The notes under the pieces: generated by a model
Told to the model about the DNA's origin: nothing
Databases searched by the model: none
What the model saw: only the letters and a program-made list of their open reading frames with translations
NCBI RefSeq assembly: GCF_006345805.1
Contig: NC_043005.1
Location: 101,680,001-101,744,000 of the forward strand
Reading direction: 5' to 3'
Origin: Octopus sinensis
Taxonomy: Eukaryota
Length of the DNA: 64,000 nucleotides
Shown: positions 28,738 through 44,146 of the stretch, piece by piece
How the letters are laid out: every line of letters begins with the position of its first letter
Position numbering within the stretch: position 1 is the stretch's first letter
Program-made: the position numbers and the translations under genes

Positions 28738-30853
28738 ATTGCCGTTGTTGATGCTGTTATAGCACTGGTTTATACTCAGTTCAACTCTGGTTCATCACAA
28801 ATTGTGGCTTGCCCACGAATGCCTCTCTTGCTGACTCGTATAAATACACACACACACACACGCACACACACACACATACACACAGAGGCACACATACACA
28901 CAGAGGTACACACACACACACAGTTTTATTTATCGTTTTATTCTTCTGTTTGCTTCAGTCATTAAATTGCAGAGAAGCTGGAGTGCTGCCATGAAGAGTT
29001 TTAGTTAATTGTATCGGATCCATTATTTATTTTTAAATGCGATACTTATCGAATAATAATTGTCAAATCGCTTGGTTATCTTAATATATAAAATAGAATT
29101 TGTGCGTGTGTGTGTGTGTATGTGTATGCGCGTGTGTGTGCGTGCGTATGTGTGTTACGTATGGATTCGAAAAGTGAGTTGCCTATTTTGACGTATTAGG
29201 TATCAAAACATTCAGTAATCTTTCGGCTACCAAATAAAATGCTTTTGGCACAACACTTTTTACATAAAAAAATAACCTCGAAAACAAGGTCTAGTCGTAT
29301 AATTTTGAGGCGTTTAGCTAAGGAAGGCAACTCTGCCTCAACAATCTTAGTTTGACCTGGGAATGAAATTTCGAAGTATTTTCGTAGATAATCTTTTAAT
29401 GTGAAGTATGTTTGTATGTGTTTTTTTTTTTTAGCCCAATGTGTTTTATCTAGTAAACTCATCACATAATTCTTTTCTTCCTGAAATACAGTAAATCTGT
29501 GACTTTCTTTTGATGAAAGGGTGTGTTTTAAGTGAAATTTGGTTGCTATTTGTACTAGCTCAAGTTACCACAGACACAACTTTGTGGTTTTGTTGTGGTG
29601 GAAAAAACATTTTCTCGGAATATTTTGCACCATAAATTTTAAAGAAATCTGGACATCTTTCTTACTGCTAACCATTCATTTCAAATTACAATAGTTAATT
29701 GTTGGAAGTCAAGTAGTCTGAGATGTACATATAGTGATATTGTATAAAGTGGAAGTTCAATACGAAGTCTTACTCATTATCTTGTGGTTAGTAATCCATT
29801 ACCTTAAATTTGAAGCCATTAAGTCTTTAAACATTATTTACTGGTTTTAGTCTTTCGACTGTTGCACTGATGGGGTATCGCCTTCAAAAATTTAACTGAT
29901 CATACTGACCTCAGTACATATTTCAATCTGGCAATTATTTTATAGATCTCTGCTTGATGAACTGCTAAGCAACAAATGTAAGCACACACATAATAGGTGC
30001 AAGTACGACTGTGTGGCTGAGAAGTTTGCTTCCCAGCCACATGGTTCCACGTTCAGTCTCTCTGCATGACACTTTGGCCAAGTGTTTTCTACTATAGCCC
30101 TAGGCCAATCAGCCTTGCGACTGAATTTGGTAGACGAAAGCTACAGCATTGTTCATCAGAAAATGACCGGAAAACATGTTTATAAAGAAGAGTTGTTTAC
30201 TTCGTACTCCTCACGTGTCGATTCTGCCCATAAGAAAGGAACAAATAATACAAAGTAGCTGTAGGTCACAACATCCGGGCAACGCCGGGGTGCATTGCTG
30301 GTGGGATATAAAACTTAAAACAATAACCTTGCAATGATGGACATAGACACCAAAAGGCAATTACACACACACACGCATGCGCACGCACACACACACACAT
30401 ACACCCATGCATACAGACTGAATTTCATTTATGAAGCATTAGTGAACCCGAGTCAAGAGTAGAAGATACTCAAATTGGTTATGCAGTAGAACAGTTTATA
30501 TGCGAATCGGACTTCTTAACCATACAGATACGCCTACACCTAACATATGACACTGTCCATTCTTGAGAGAACAAGTTTTATGTTTTCAGTTCTGAGCTTC
30601 TCAGCCACTGACGGGTCGTTCTTAGTCTACAGATGTCAAACCGTTACTAAAATATCGTAAACATAAATATACGTTCTCATATGATGATTCTTTAGTAGTT
30701 GAGCATGAAACTTGAATTTACCGTGTATTATCACTATATATACACATGTGCGCGCACACAAACACATATACATATATATGCATACACGCACACATATACC
30801 CTTCTATGTATGTACGTACGTACGCATGTATGGATGTATATATGTATGTATGC

Positions 30854-31055
<202 letters not shown>

Positions 31056-32479
31056 TATATATATTATATATATATATTATATATATATATATATATTATC
31101 TATCCTCTCCTCTTTCTGATTTCAGTCACTAGTAGATACCTACACTGAGGTATTTTTAGTGTACCAGTTTACTTTCCAACTCATAAGTTGACATTAAGTA
31201 ACCCTTGCTACATTACTTTTTAGTGCAACTACTGTTCTCACATTGGTAGGATAAAAAATAAACCATCTCTAACATTGTAAATTATTAATCTTGACTCTAA
31301 ATTTTTATTTGAAATTCCAAATCAAAATGGCTGACTCGAACAATTTTCAAATTAGTCTTCACTATCGCAAATTGACACTGTATTGTGCTTTTTGATTCAC
31401 ATTTATATTTCATAGTTGAATATTGTCGACACAAAACTTACTCCTACATTCATTTTTCCTTGTTGTGCACGGATATGCAAGTCAGCTTCCTACGTCCAAA
31501 CACTCTAATTTCACAATGATTTAATTGGATTGTACCAAATAAAACTCAGAACACCACTGCATATTTAAATTGACTTGACATTACACAAGTAGATAGACAT
31601 TACTAATATATTTTAACAACGCAAAATTTCCTTTACCATCTCTTCTTTCCGCCCACAATATTTCTCCCATCCTTCTATCCACAATATTTCTCTTATATTT
31701 CTCATAATCTTAAAAAAGAATATTACATAATTCCCTGTATTAAGTAACTCATTTTAAATCTTTAATCTGATACTATACTAGAACATACGCGTGCGCGCTA
31801 TTATGTATCTAACATTTTATAATTCATGGTTCTATAAATTAGATTACGATTTACTTTTATTAAGCGCTACATCTGTTCTCCTATCAATACATTTAATTTA
31901 AATTTATCTCTACTCCTAATTCTTGATTAGCTAACATCTACTTCAATCATGAGCAACCTGCATCCCACAGTATTTTCTAAATGCCCAACAAAAAATTGCC
32001 TTGTTTCTTTCTCTTTATAGCTCGTGGCACCTGATGATGAACTGTATCTTATGCGGCCCGCTTCTGAGAAATGTAGCCCATATTTAATCTAATCTAAAAG
32101 TTAACCGTATGATAACTGGACTTTATTTTTGTTTCTGTAAAATCTACAATAATATTCATCTTGAATTTTACGTTGTACATCCAAATATTACATAATCAAC
32201 AATATAATTTTCGTAAGGCCATTTACCTCCAATTTTCGCATATACAGACTCTTGTCAAAAAAACAGTTACTCATAGATGTAAAAATATATCGATAAATCT
32301 ATTAATAATCAACTTGAAATCAATAAATAATAATACATTTATTTCATACATGGAGTGAGGTTTCTGAACACATCATCATTGGATGTTTTAGGGTTTTCAT
32401 AAATTAGATACCTTCATATAAGAAACAGCAGTGGCGGCTGATCAAGCCTCAACTATATCCACTACGTAGCACAGTTCGT

Positions 32480-33650
32480 AACATACAAATCATTCATAAA
32501 GTACCACATCACCACTTTCCGACTATGCTACACAAACACGTTTTTAGTGTATACCACACCATCACATTTCTACAATACCATGCTCGCGATGACAATTTCA
32601 TTATATCACAACCCACTATGTTACACTCGCACATTTTCACTATAACAGGGAACCACATTCACAGTTTATTTTACTCCCACATTCTAACTATAGCAGTCTA
32701 TCATATTCTCCATATACCACACTTACACATACCTATTATACCGCATTATCACATTCCCATTTCAGCAGACTTCAAAATTCTCACGATAGTAGACCAACAC
32801 ATTCCTCCTATTTCGCACTACCACATTCCCACTATACCAGATTACCACATTCACAATACAGCAGACAACCACATTCCACCTGTACTACATACCAGATCCT
32901 CACTACACAAATCGCCATCTTTCCACTCGACCACACTACCTGATTCTGGTTATATTGCACAATATATTTTCAATGTGCCACATTCAATCATTCTGTGTAT
33001 ACTACACCAACACATTCTCACCGTACCACATTATTGTAATTATATCCTCTAAACCACGCTACCATATTGCTTCTATATTCCACTTCCAAATTCTACCTCT
33101 ATCACTTTCCCCCAATATCAGTCTTCCACTTTTTCCCTGTAAGCCCACGAGTACCTTTCCACTATATATTTCTTTATTAACCACAAGGGGCTAAACATAG
33201 AGGGGACAAACAAGGACAGACAAACGGATTAAGTCGATTACATCGACCCCAGTGCGTAACTGGTATTTAATTTATGGACCCCGAAAGGATGAAGGCAAAG
33301 TCGACCTCGGCGGAATTTGAACTCAGAACGTAACGTCAGACGAAATACCGCTAAGCATTTCGCCCGGCGTGCTAACGTTTCTGCCAGGTCGCCGCCTTCC
33401 TACATTTCCACTATATGACGCCACAACATACTCGATGTACCATAATCCAGCCCTCCTGCTCTACCACATCTTCCTGTAGCATGCTGCAAAATTCCCTCGG
33501 TAAGTTACTCTACCGCATTTCCACCAGACCACGCCAGCACGCCCAAACTATCGCACAACAACACTGAATATACCACGCTCCCGCATTCCTACTATACAAA
33601 TTACCTCATTCTCAGTGTACGTCACCAACATAGTTTCTTAACGTGGCTGC
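32480..33650. repeat. Degenerate ~24-bp minisatellite (taccacattcccactataccagac-like), interrupted by a SINE
   Basis: 8-aa periodicity in ORF 32525-33052 (YHIPISAD/FKILTIVD/QHIPPISH/YHIPTIPD); similar units resume after 33400. Confidence 0.7.
33169..33396 (-). mobile_element. Young full-length Nin/Deu-like SINE with probable TSD
   Basis: Near-identical to 51065-51297. tttccactatat at 33156-33167 and 33405-33416, although the host minisatellite could mimic a TSD. Confidence 0.9.
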
Positions 33651-33937
33651 TATAAATTAATAACTACACAATTCTATGTCTCTGTCTCTACCTCACTTGA
33701 TTTTCTTTGCTGCTTTACATCAGACCACTCGGTTTAATGGTTTTTCCGCCACTTTCATAACATCAGTTCTCTCTTCCCGATCGTAAAACTATATTTTCAC
33801 TACAATATATGCATACGCATACGCTCGCGCAATGACACACTCTTACATATATAAGTATACATGTACGCATGCTTATATGTATGTATATTTATGTATATAT
33901 GTATGTATGAATGAATGTATGCGTGTATATATGTATG

Positions 33938-33969
<32 letters not shown>

Positions 33970-34077
33970 TGTATGTATGTATGTATGTATGTATATGTAT
34001 GTATGTATGTATGTATGAATGTATGAATGTATGCATGTATGTATATATATATATATGTATATATGTATGTATCTATA

Positions 34078-34111
<34 letters not shown>

Positions 34112-36188
34112 GATAGATAGATAGATATATATATAGATATATATATATATGTGTGTGTGTGTGTGTATGTGTGTGTGTGTATGTATGTATATTGTTTCTG
34201 GCCAGTGTGTCTTGTTTGTAAGATGTCGGTGTCGGCTATAAAAGCTGATAATCTAAGATGTCGGAAATTTATTTGAAGTCTCATAAGATCGGCCAGCCAT
34301 TACACTGCGCAAGATATTAAATACCTATGGTGTCTTAGATTAAAATAGCAAAGTGAATCAAAGACGATTGCAATAGTGTCTTCTTGTCGTTGTTGCTGCT
34401 CCTTAACCCCAGGCAAATTCTGCTCTTGCCCTTCTATGTTAAAGTTCCTTGCCAGTCTAGTATAGTCTATAGCTACTCCAACATTTTCTAATGTATCTTT
34501 CCTTTTGTAAAACAGTCGAATGTGATTTCAAGGAAATTTTTCAACTATTTCTAGCAGGCTGAACGACCACAAAGGAGTTCTCTAGTTGACTCTTATACAC
34601 CAAATATAATTCCTTTTAGTAATAAATTTTCCTTTTTCAATTTTCTTTTCAAAGCCACCAACTTCTTTCAGATCCCTCATAAGGACACCATTCCTTCTCT
34701 GGCGGTTAGGGATAAATATATTGTCATTTAGTATACAAAGAACTACTTTTCGAGAAGAATTGATATTCAAGAAAATGCGCCAACCATAATCCCAAACTTA
34801 TTTACGTGGCCTTTGCCTTTAGCCTTTACCTATATCCCAAAGAGTCAGAATATTAAATAGACAACCAAGGAATTCTAACTAAAGGAATGTAAGTTTTTAT
34901 ACAATTCTGGAAAATATATACTGTATTGGTTTACAGGAAGACAATGTGTTTTGAAGGGAACTGTACCGTTGAATCTGATACATTTGTTGAATGGTACTCG
35001 ATGGAGGAAAGCAAAGTAGACCGCTCCGGGATTTGAATTCGTTGGCAGTCAGTATCGATTTCATTATTAGCAATATGGTAACAGCATAACACAAGAACCA
35101 ATAATGAGATGCTACAAGATGGTTTTTGTTTTCCTAAAGAGCATTAGCTCTGTTAATGAAGTGAACAAGCAGGCATTGTTAAACAGTCTTTTAAACGAAC
35201 ACATACATTCCATCATGCAACCAGGCGTGCAAAATATATGAAGAAGAAATATGGTTTTAGAGGGCTGGTGTTTATCAGATGTGAAAATGGTATTTATATC
35301 GGTTTCAAATTTTAGTACAAAGACAACAATTTTCGGAGTGGGTAAGTTGATTACATCGACCCCAGTACTCAATTGGTAATTATTTTATCGACCCCAAAAT
35401 GGATGACAGGCAATGTCGACCTTGCGGGATTTGAACTCATAGTGTAAAGACGGATGAACAACCACTAAGCATCTTGCTTGGCGTTGTGGCGATTCTGCAG
35501 CTCGCCGTCTTAAAGATTGCATTTATATCATAAAATATATATGAGTGGCTTGTCACTAATTGGGAAATGTATATAGTGCCTTTTGCGCTTTAACTTTTAC
35601 CTGTATCTGTCATTGAAGTGTTGCTGTACTGAGGCTCCACCATGAAAAGTTTAGTGGAACAATTCGACCCCAGTAATTTTTTAACCCTGGTACATATTGT
35701 ATAAATCTTTTTTTTTTTTTGCCGAACTGCTAAGTTACCCAAATATAAACAAGTCAACATCAGTTGTGAAAGGGTGAGGACACAAACACAAAGACACATT
35801 CATATCTTACACAAGCATTCATACACACATACATACACACAGATACATAAATACATACATGCATACATACCTGCGTACATATTGGGGCTCTGGGATACGT
35901 TACACACTACCTAAATACTAATCTTGAGAAATTAGGCTTCCAAAAACCAGAATGGAGAAAGCTAATTCGAAGACCACAGATTCAATCCATCACTGGAACT
36001 GTAAAATTCTGTAAAACTTTCCAGAAGTAAATCATTTAAATATATATGAGCATGTCTATATATGCAACTATTTGCAAGAGAATACATACATAAAACAAAA
36101 CATACGAATCTGCACATATACATACATACATACATACATACACACATACATACATACATACATACATACATACATACATACATACATA

Positions 36189-36740
36189 GTGGCTGCCCCC
36201 TCGTTATCGAGTATGGCCATTGCACGAAGCTTAATCAATGTTGTTATCGCGCAATGGCTGTGCAAGAAGATTTTTTTAAAGTGAGGAAAGGCTGTGCACT
36301 GAGTTAATCCCACTCACTAAGCAACAGCAGCCATAATCCGAAAAGAAGAACAAGTCAACATCATCGGTAACCACTGAGCCACAGGTTTTATGTCGGAGTT
36401 ATCCCAGTTACCTGAGTTACCTTCTCCTAGAAGGATGCCCTAACAAAGGCTAGGAGTCCTTCACTCCCAATGGCTTAACCGCGCGATCAGGTATTCAGTC
36501 CGATTATTTCTATGTCCCCGCGCATGATACATCCTTAAGACATTTATTGGATGGCCGTTGACCCACAAGAGTTCCTCCGCCTTTTGACAGGTTTTGTTTT
36601 TCATCCCGCAGGGTATCCAATAAACACCCTCCTCACCAAGCAAGCTTGATGAGGTTGCCGGTTTAGTCGGCGACGTGCCGACCATGCAACAGGTTGTACT
36701 GGGTTACATGTTACCAGTAGCACTCGAAAGTGACCTGACA
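36189..36740 (-). mobile_element. Non-autonomous RTE-derived element (5' UTR-like part plus 3' end with (TATG)n tail) within (CATA)n
   Basis: Carries gggcatccttctaggagaaggtaactc, which resembles the RTE 5' UTR motif, and several consecutive hairpins. Ends ctcgataacgagggggcagccac followed by (tatg)n. No coding capacity. Confidence 0.5.
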
Positions 36741-37521
36741 TAAATATATACATACATACACACATACACACATACATACATTACATACATACATACATAC
36801 ACATTACATACATACATACATTACATACATACATTACATACATTACATACATACATACATACATACATACACACATACATACATACATAATACATACATA
36901 CATACATACATACATACATACATACTACATACATACATACATACAACATACATACATACATCCATACATACATACATTACATACATACATACACATACAT
37001 ACATACATACATACATACCTACATACATACATACCTACATACATACAACATACATACATATACATACATACATACATACACACATACACACATGCATACA
37101 TACATACACACATACACGCATACACACATACATACATACATACATACATACATACATACATACATACATACATACATAACATACATACATACATACATAC
37201 ATACATACATAGTTTTCTCGCTGGATTACGTGTTCGTTTCTTTTTTCTCTTCTGCAATTATATTTTTGGATCTTCTCTATATATGAAAAACTTTCCCCCA
37301 TCCGGCTGTTTTTCTCTCTACAAAACCGAAAGTTGCATTATGGAACAGTGATTTTCACGAGTTCTTTTTATCTATTTATCACCCGACGAGATACATCTGC
37401 CCCACTAGATTCTCCTGAACCAGTTTTTGTGTGTCCTACAAGAGGGGCCGATGCTAGATGTGTCGAAACAATTGTGATTAATAATATATTCTCGCATATT
37501 CCATCTTCTGTCTTTCATTTG

Positions 37522-37554
<33 letters not shown>

Positions 37555-38490
37555 AGGAAGGAATATAATCCAATGAATCGATCGTATTAAATATTCGATA
37601 TGTATTTTATTGAACACCAACAAATGACGGTTGAAATCACCTCTATAAGATCGATGTGTTAACAACGAATATTAATTTCTTTGTTTACTACACTGAGAAG
37701 AATGTCTAGTATAGTCCGACTCGCAGTTGAGATAAAGTAGAAATGCTTTCGTGAAGGCCATTAGCTGAGCAAATATAGTGAACATGCTGAAATAGTGTAT
37801 CCAAAATGGACCTCAAATTCTTTTTACCTGTATATTTGTATTAAAACGCCAGTCGACAATGTATCAAAACATATATTGACATATACGAACAAAAAGCATG
37901 GTTGTATGGATAAGAAGTTCATTTTGCAACTACGTGGTCTTGGGTTCCATTTTATCACGATAAAACTTTGGAAAATGCCATCTAATACATCTTCTGGTTA
38001 ACTAATTTTTTTGAGTGAAAATTCGGTTGACGGAATACTCGGCTATATTTGACAAATTTAGCGGAAGCCCAAGTGATGCAAACATTTGAGCGAGGTCTGC
38101 AGCCTGAGGACAAAAACCTCTCACCTTCCAGTGATCGAAGCAATAAAAAGTGGTAATGAAGGCTGCTATTCCACCTCTTACTGCTCTCAAAGTAATGTGT
38201 GAGACCCCACTTGATACGAATAATTGCCAACTCGTCTCAGATCACAATCTACATAGTTATAAAGAAAAAAAACAAAACAAAAAACGAAAAACCCCTAAAT
38301 AAACAGTCTTGAAATATCTGGTTTTAATCTGACGTCTTATATACGAAACGTTACAGCAAAGATCAGCGCTGGTTATAATTTATATAGAATATCTGTGGAA
38401 ATAACCTTTGCAAAATAGTGCAAAGCGCACTGCTAACGCAGTAGAACGCGGTGTAGACTTATAAGAACATTTAATATACTTTATAGCATA

Positions 38491-39002
38491 CTAGCAGTAT
38501 CGCCCGGCGTTGCTCGGGTTTGTAAGGGAAATAACTATATAAGCATTTTAAGAGAGTTACTTCCCTTATAGATGCCAATTCGGGCTTTCTTAGCCATTTC
38601 TGTCTTGGTGTCTTCAAGCCATGAAGTCGTTGTTCTAAAAGAACGCTGGTCTCCTTGACAACGCTTTACGACGTTGATTTCCTTACACTCCCTTCCCCAC
38701 AGCTTCACGAGGGAGGGAAGAAGGGGAGAAGCAAACAGGTGCAGGTGTGACCATGGACGCCAACTCCGCCGCCATCGACACACGAAAAATTATGCATTAA
38801 AATGGAATAAAAAATGATGTTAAATTATTTTTAAAATCGTAGACTCATCGTAGACGCGCGCTAATACTCAGACGGGCCCGATATGAATCACGACTATAAG
38901 ATACCCGAATTTGGTTAAACTGCACCGCAAAATGTGGGAGTAGTTAGGAATCTAAATCGTAGGAGACAGACACTCACACAACTACAGTTTTATATATATA
39001 GA
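38491..39002 (-). mobile_element. Non-autonomous Helitron, 512 bp
   Basis: Minus strand: A|TCTATATATATAAAA ... cccgagcaacgccggg hairpin (38503-38518) - 8 nt - CTAG|T. These are canonical Helitron termini in an AT dinucleotide target. Confidence 0.85.
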
Positions 39003-39647
39003 TTATGGCTGCATAACGAAATACCACGTACCGACAAATGGTTAGTATACTGTGTATGTAAAAGACGGAATAGTGATGATTAGTATGTCTTTGATTATAG
39101 ATGTGGTCAATGAAGGCTGACTGTGAGCTGAACAACAAAAATTAACAATAAGAACATTATCGTAGTTAATGGTAGGATAAGAACCTTTCTCCGATGCTAA
39201 TCAGCTTATTCATTGTATGAGATAAGATTTATTATCAGGCACAATCGTAAGACATTATAAGAAACAGAAATAAAACGCTAAAAGTTTACAGGAATATAAA
39301 TTACGAAATGAAAAATATTTACAGATGGTACATATTGATGTGAATATCAAAGAAAAAATGTCTAAAATAAAACAAAATGTAGCAATATTTTATGACATCA
39401 TTTTATGGTAAACGGTCTTTAAAACACTCCTATCTAGAACTGTCTTCGGCTATATTTGTTACGTAATTATATATTCAGCCAATGAAAACACGTACGCTGA
39501 TACAAACAGGAGTTTAATCGTTTCTAGCTTTTTCTTCAATGTGGAGAATGTCGAAGACTACAGGAGCAGATAAAAACAAGTCGATGCTTTATGTTTTTAT
39601 CCAAGCATCTTAGCTTTCAACATGGCCACACCTATCAAAATGAATAG

Positions 39648-39722
<75 letters not shown>

Positions 39723-39723
39723 T

Positions 39724-39765
<42 letters not shown>

Positions 39766-40998
39766 TGATTATATATATATGGATATATAGTTATAGGTAT
39801 AGTATTTTATGTGTGTTTGTGTGTATATACATATACACATTATCTATGTGTATGTGTGTGTGTGTGAGTAGGTATATATGTGTGTGTGTGTATGTGTCAG
39901 TGTTAGTGACTATCTGGTCTCGATCAGAGAAAATATGTTCAATACTTAGATACAAAGAAGATTTTTTATAAGAATCTGAAGGTATTTGAATAATAATTTT
40001 GTCATCCATGCCCTCGTAACTTTAATATCAACAATTCACGCGATTAATTTTACTAAACGAATCAATAGTCCCTATAAATCACAATTCAGCTACGTATCGT
40101 GATCGCTAAATTATGTAAAAGGATATCAGCCACCTCTTATGATGAATGTATTTTCGATTGAGGAGCAAATGAAAAAATAATGCACTAACATGTAGTGGGT
40201 TGCAAGAATCCATCAAATGCTACATTCATATGAAAAGTAAAACAAAAAGGAATGTCATCATATTCAGTAACTCGGCTGGAAAATATTTTTTCTCTTTCCT
40301 GAAAATGCACTTTCCTCCCGGACATATGTATAAGAAACCCTTCAAACCAAATCATATTAACTTAGCTATTCTACACTAATGAACTCTACGAATATACTAC
40401 AATTATGGTTTCCAATTGAGATACAAGGCCAGCGATTACAAGCGGAGTAGTTAGTCGTGACACAGACTCCTGTACTTGATTGGTAATTTATTTTATCGAC
40501 TCCAAAACTATAAACGAATTGAAATTCAGAAGTTTATAGAAGCAATTCACTGTTAGCCTCTTAAGTCCTATTTATCATTTGAAAATTAATAATATCACCT
40601 TCAATAATAATTGGCTCCTTGTTAAACTCAGCTAAAGCATATATACAATTAACTTATAATCTGAAGATACTTTGTAAACTCTTTATATTAAACATTGCAT
40701 ACAACCTTGAACAAGTGAACGTAATTAAGTTTGACATGTTGACATATGCATCGTTATTTACTTAAACATCACGTAAATATTTTCAAAAATATATTTCTAG
40801 GGAAAACAACTTAGAATTGACATTATAGCGTTAAGATTCCCATTCAATATATATTTCCTACTATATTTGTAGTTAATGCAAATCGAGTTATATACAAAAT
40901 AATATTTTTCTTCAACGATCCTTTTCCATGGGGAAACGAAGATTTGAATATTTATTCTGAAAATATTCCAGCAGTTTTAAGTGCAAATATGCTTGTCA

Positions 40999-41447
40999 TT
41001 GTTGTGTACGTCACAGGAGAACAATATCTTCGTTGTACGATGGCAGAGAATTCATTACACTCTCAGCTCTCATCACAAAAGATTCTCAGACATAAGTAAA
41101 TCGACATGTTCTGTCCTGGAAAATCTTTGATTATAGATCAACTTATACATGGTTGCTCGAAATGCTAGAGAGAGGAGCTAAATTTTTTTTGATTCTCACT
41201 TAAGAAACGTATGAGGTATCAAGATATATAAAGTTGTTCTTCCTAAGTAAGAATCAAAAAAAATTTAGCTCCTCTCTCTAGCATTTCGAGCAACCATGTA
41301 TAAGTTGATCTATAATCAAAGATTTTCCAGGACAGAACATGTCGATTTACTTATGTCTGAGAATCTTTTGTGATGAGAGCTGAGAGTGTAATGAATTCTC
41401 TGCCATCGTACAACGAATAAATTGTTCTCCTGTGACGTACACAACAA
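40999..41447. repeat. Long inverted repeat (foldback), ~207-bp arms with ~35-nt spacer
   Basis: 40999-41205 is the reverse complement of 41241-41447, with about four mismatches by eye. Confidence 0.95.
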
Positions 41448-41917
41448 CGAAAAGATCGCAGTTTCGATTCACGAGCAGACAGCTTCATTTCCCCTTGATT
41501 CACCTGCATGGAATGTTTTGATCGCAAAATGATTTATTCGCCATGGAAACGGGCCAGATGAGTCTCAGGAGTCGAGGGCGTAGTGACCAGGGGATTTGTT
41601 TTTGCTCTTTTTTAACGTTCATTTTCACACTACACTTTCTAGCCTCAGATGCGATCCAATCCGATCCAGTTGAGTAGATCTAAGTTTAAAGACATTCCAA
41701 CCTTGACCATACCGTCTTATGAAAATTGTTTCTCCAGAACAACTTTATATAATATCTCGATATCTCATACGCTTCCTAAGTGAGAATCCAAAATTTTTTA
41801 GCTCCTCTCTCAAGCATTTCGATCAACCATGTATAAGTTGATCTATAATCAAAGATTTTCCAGCCATGATCATCTTGATCATCATGTTAGACTCCACTAG
41901 TCGACGTTTCTCCTTTA

Positions 41918-41955
<38 letters not shown>

Positions 41956-42339
41956 CATTATTTACGTCTGGTGTGTAATTTGAGAGGGGGTTTGACAGCT
42001 AAATCCTGCACATCAAACAATTACGTTGAAGCACCCTTATTGGAAGGGTAATGTGTAAAAGTATTTCTCGCTGGTGGAATCATGCAGTGTTCAATACCTA
42101 CGTGAGACATTCACAAATTACCTTAGCCAAAAAAAAAACAACAACAACATAAAAAATAAACTGAAAAATATCTTGTCATGAAGTACAGCAGCAAAAATTT
42201 TATTTATTCCCGTTCTTTCTCCTTTTTATTTCAATCCTTTCTTATAATTTCATATATTCTTCGTACTTAAATTCTTTCTCATTTGCCTCGCTTTGCTTAT
42301 AATTTTCCCAGTTATCTCTCCCTCTCAATATCTCTTGCT

Positions 42340-42922
<583 letters not shown>

Positions 42923-43697
42923 TTCCTCGCCTTGTGTCTTTCTCGTCTTCTTTCACACCATGTATTTGCTCTCTTCTTTTACATTATCCTATCACTATGT
43001 CTCAATTTGATTAAGTTTCCTCTCTCTGTCCCTCTTAGACTTTATATTCCACTCTCTCTCTCTCTCTCGCCTTCTCTCTCACCCACTATACATACATTCA
43101 TTCATACATACACACAACATTCATACATCCACGCGCTCAAATACGCATCATCATCCGCTGTCTTTCTCTATTCTTTCAGTTTTCTTACACTTTTTCCTTC
43201 GTTCTTTACCTTATTCTCATTCACTCTTCTGTGACTTTTTTTTTCTTTTTTCATCAGTCTCTTTTTCTTATCCTTCCTTTATCTTTAATTTCTCCACCAA
43301 ACTCTCCTGATTTCCTTCCTACCCCTCCATCCATTTTCTCATAAAACATCACTCTCTCTACATTTCTCTTTCATTCATTCTACGCACCTCACTACATGTC
43401 TTATACACTTTTAACACTTTCTCTCTACCTCTATTCATCCATCTAACTGACCCCCTTCTTTCTCTCTCTCTCTCTCCCTCTCTCTCCTTCCAACCCTCTC
43501 TTACCACTCTTCCCGTCGAAACTTTGATATAAAATCAATCAATGGAGTCTTTGAAATTATATTGAACAGCCATTCCTTTCATACAAACCAATGATCAATC
43601 ATTTTACAGACAAAATTTAACGTTTTTTCTTTTCATTTCTTCTATTTTGTTCTCAGTAATAACTTTTCTTTTTTTATTCATTTTATATTATTATTAT

Positions 43698-43746
<49 letters not shown>

Positions 43747-44104
43747 GCTGCTGCTACTACTTCCTTTTTGTTTTCCCCGTTCTCTATAGCTTTCCATTCG
43801 AAGCAGAGTATGGCATAGAACTTGCATTACCGCTGTCGTTTGTCTGTGGAATTCAACGGTGGAACTACTCGGCAGTAAAAGTTGGTGGCGAATTTTTGTA
43901 GTAGAGTTTAGTGTTTGTTGTTGTTGTTGTTGTTGATTTTGTTGTTATTCAGTTAAAATGTCAGCCCTGATTGAGCAGGCCTATGATCAAAAGAGTTCTA
44001 TCCATGACCATCCCTATTTTATATAGATATGTGTGTGTGTGTATGTACGTGTGTATGTGTGCATTTATATACATATATATATATATACTAATACACATAC
44101 AGAT

Positions 44105-44146
<42 letters not shown>

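Noticed and set aside
36400-36660. Twister ribozyme in the RTE-like 5' region
   Set aside because: Fragments such as ctaa, ccaagc-like and ggaggg are present, but the P4/L4 GGUCCCAAGCCC element and pseudoknot order are missing.
37982-38230. Two overlapping stop-free minus frames in unique DNA
   Set aside because: No recognisable domain and no convincing splice pair.
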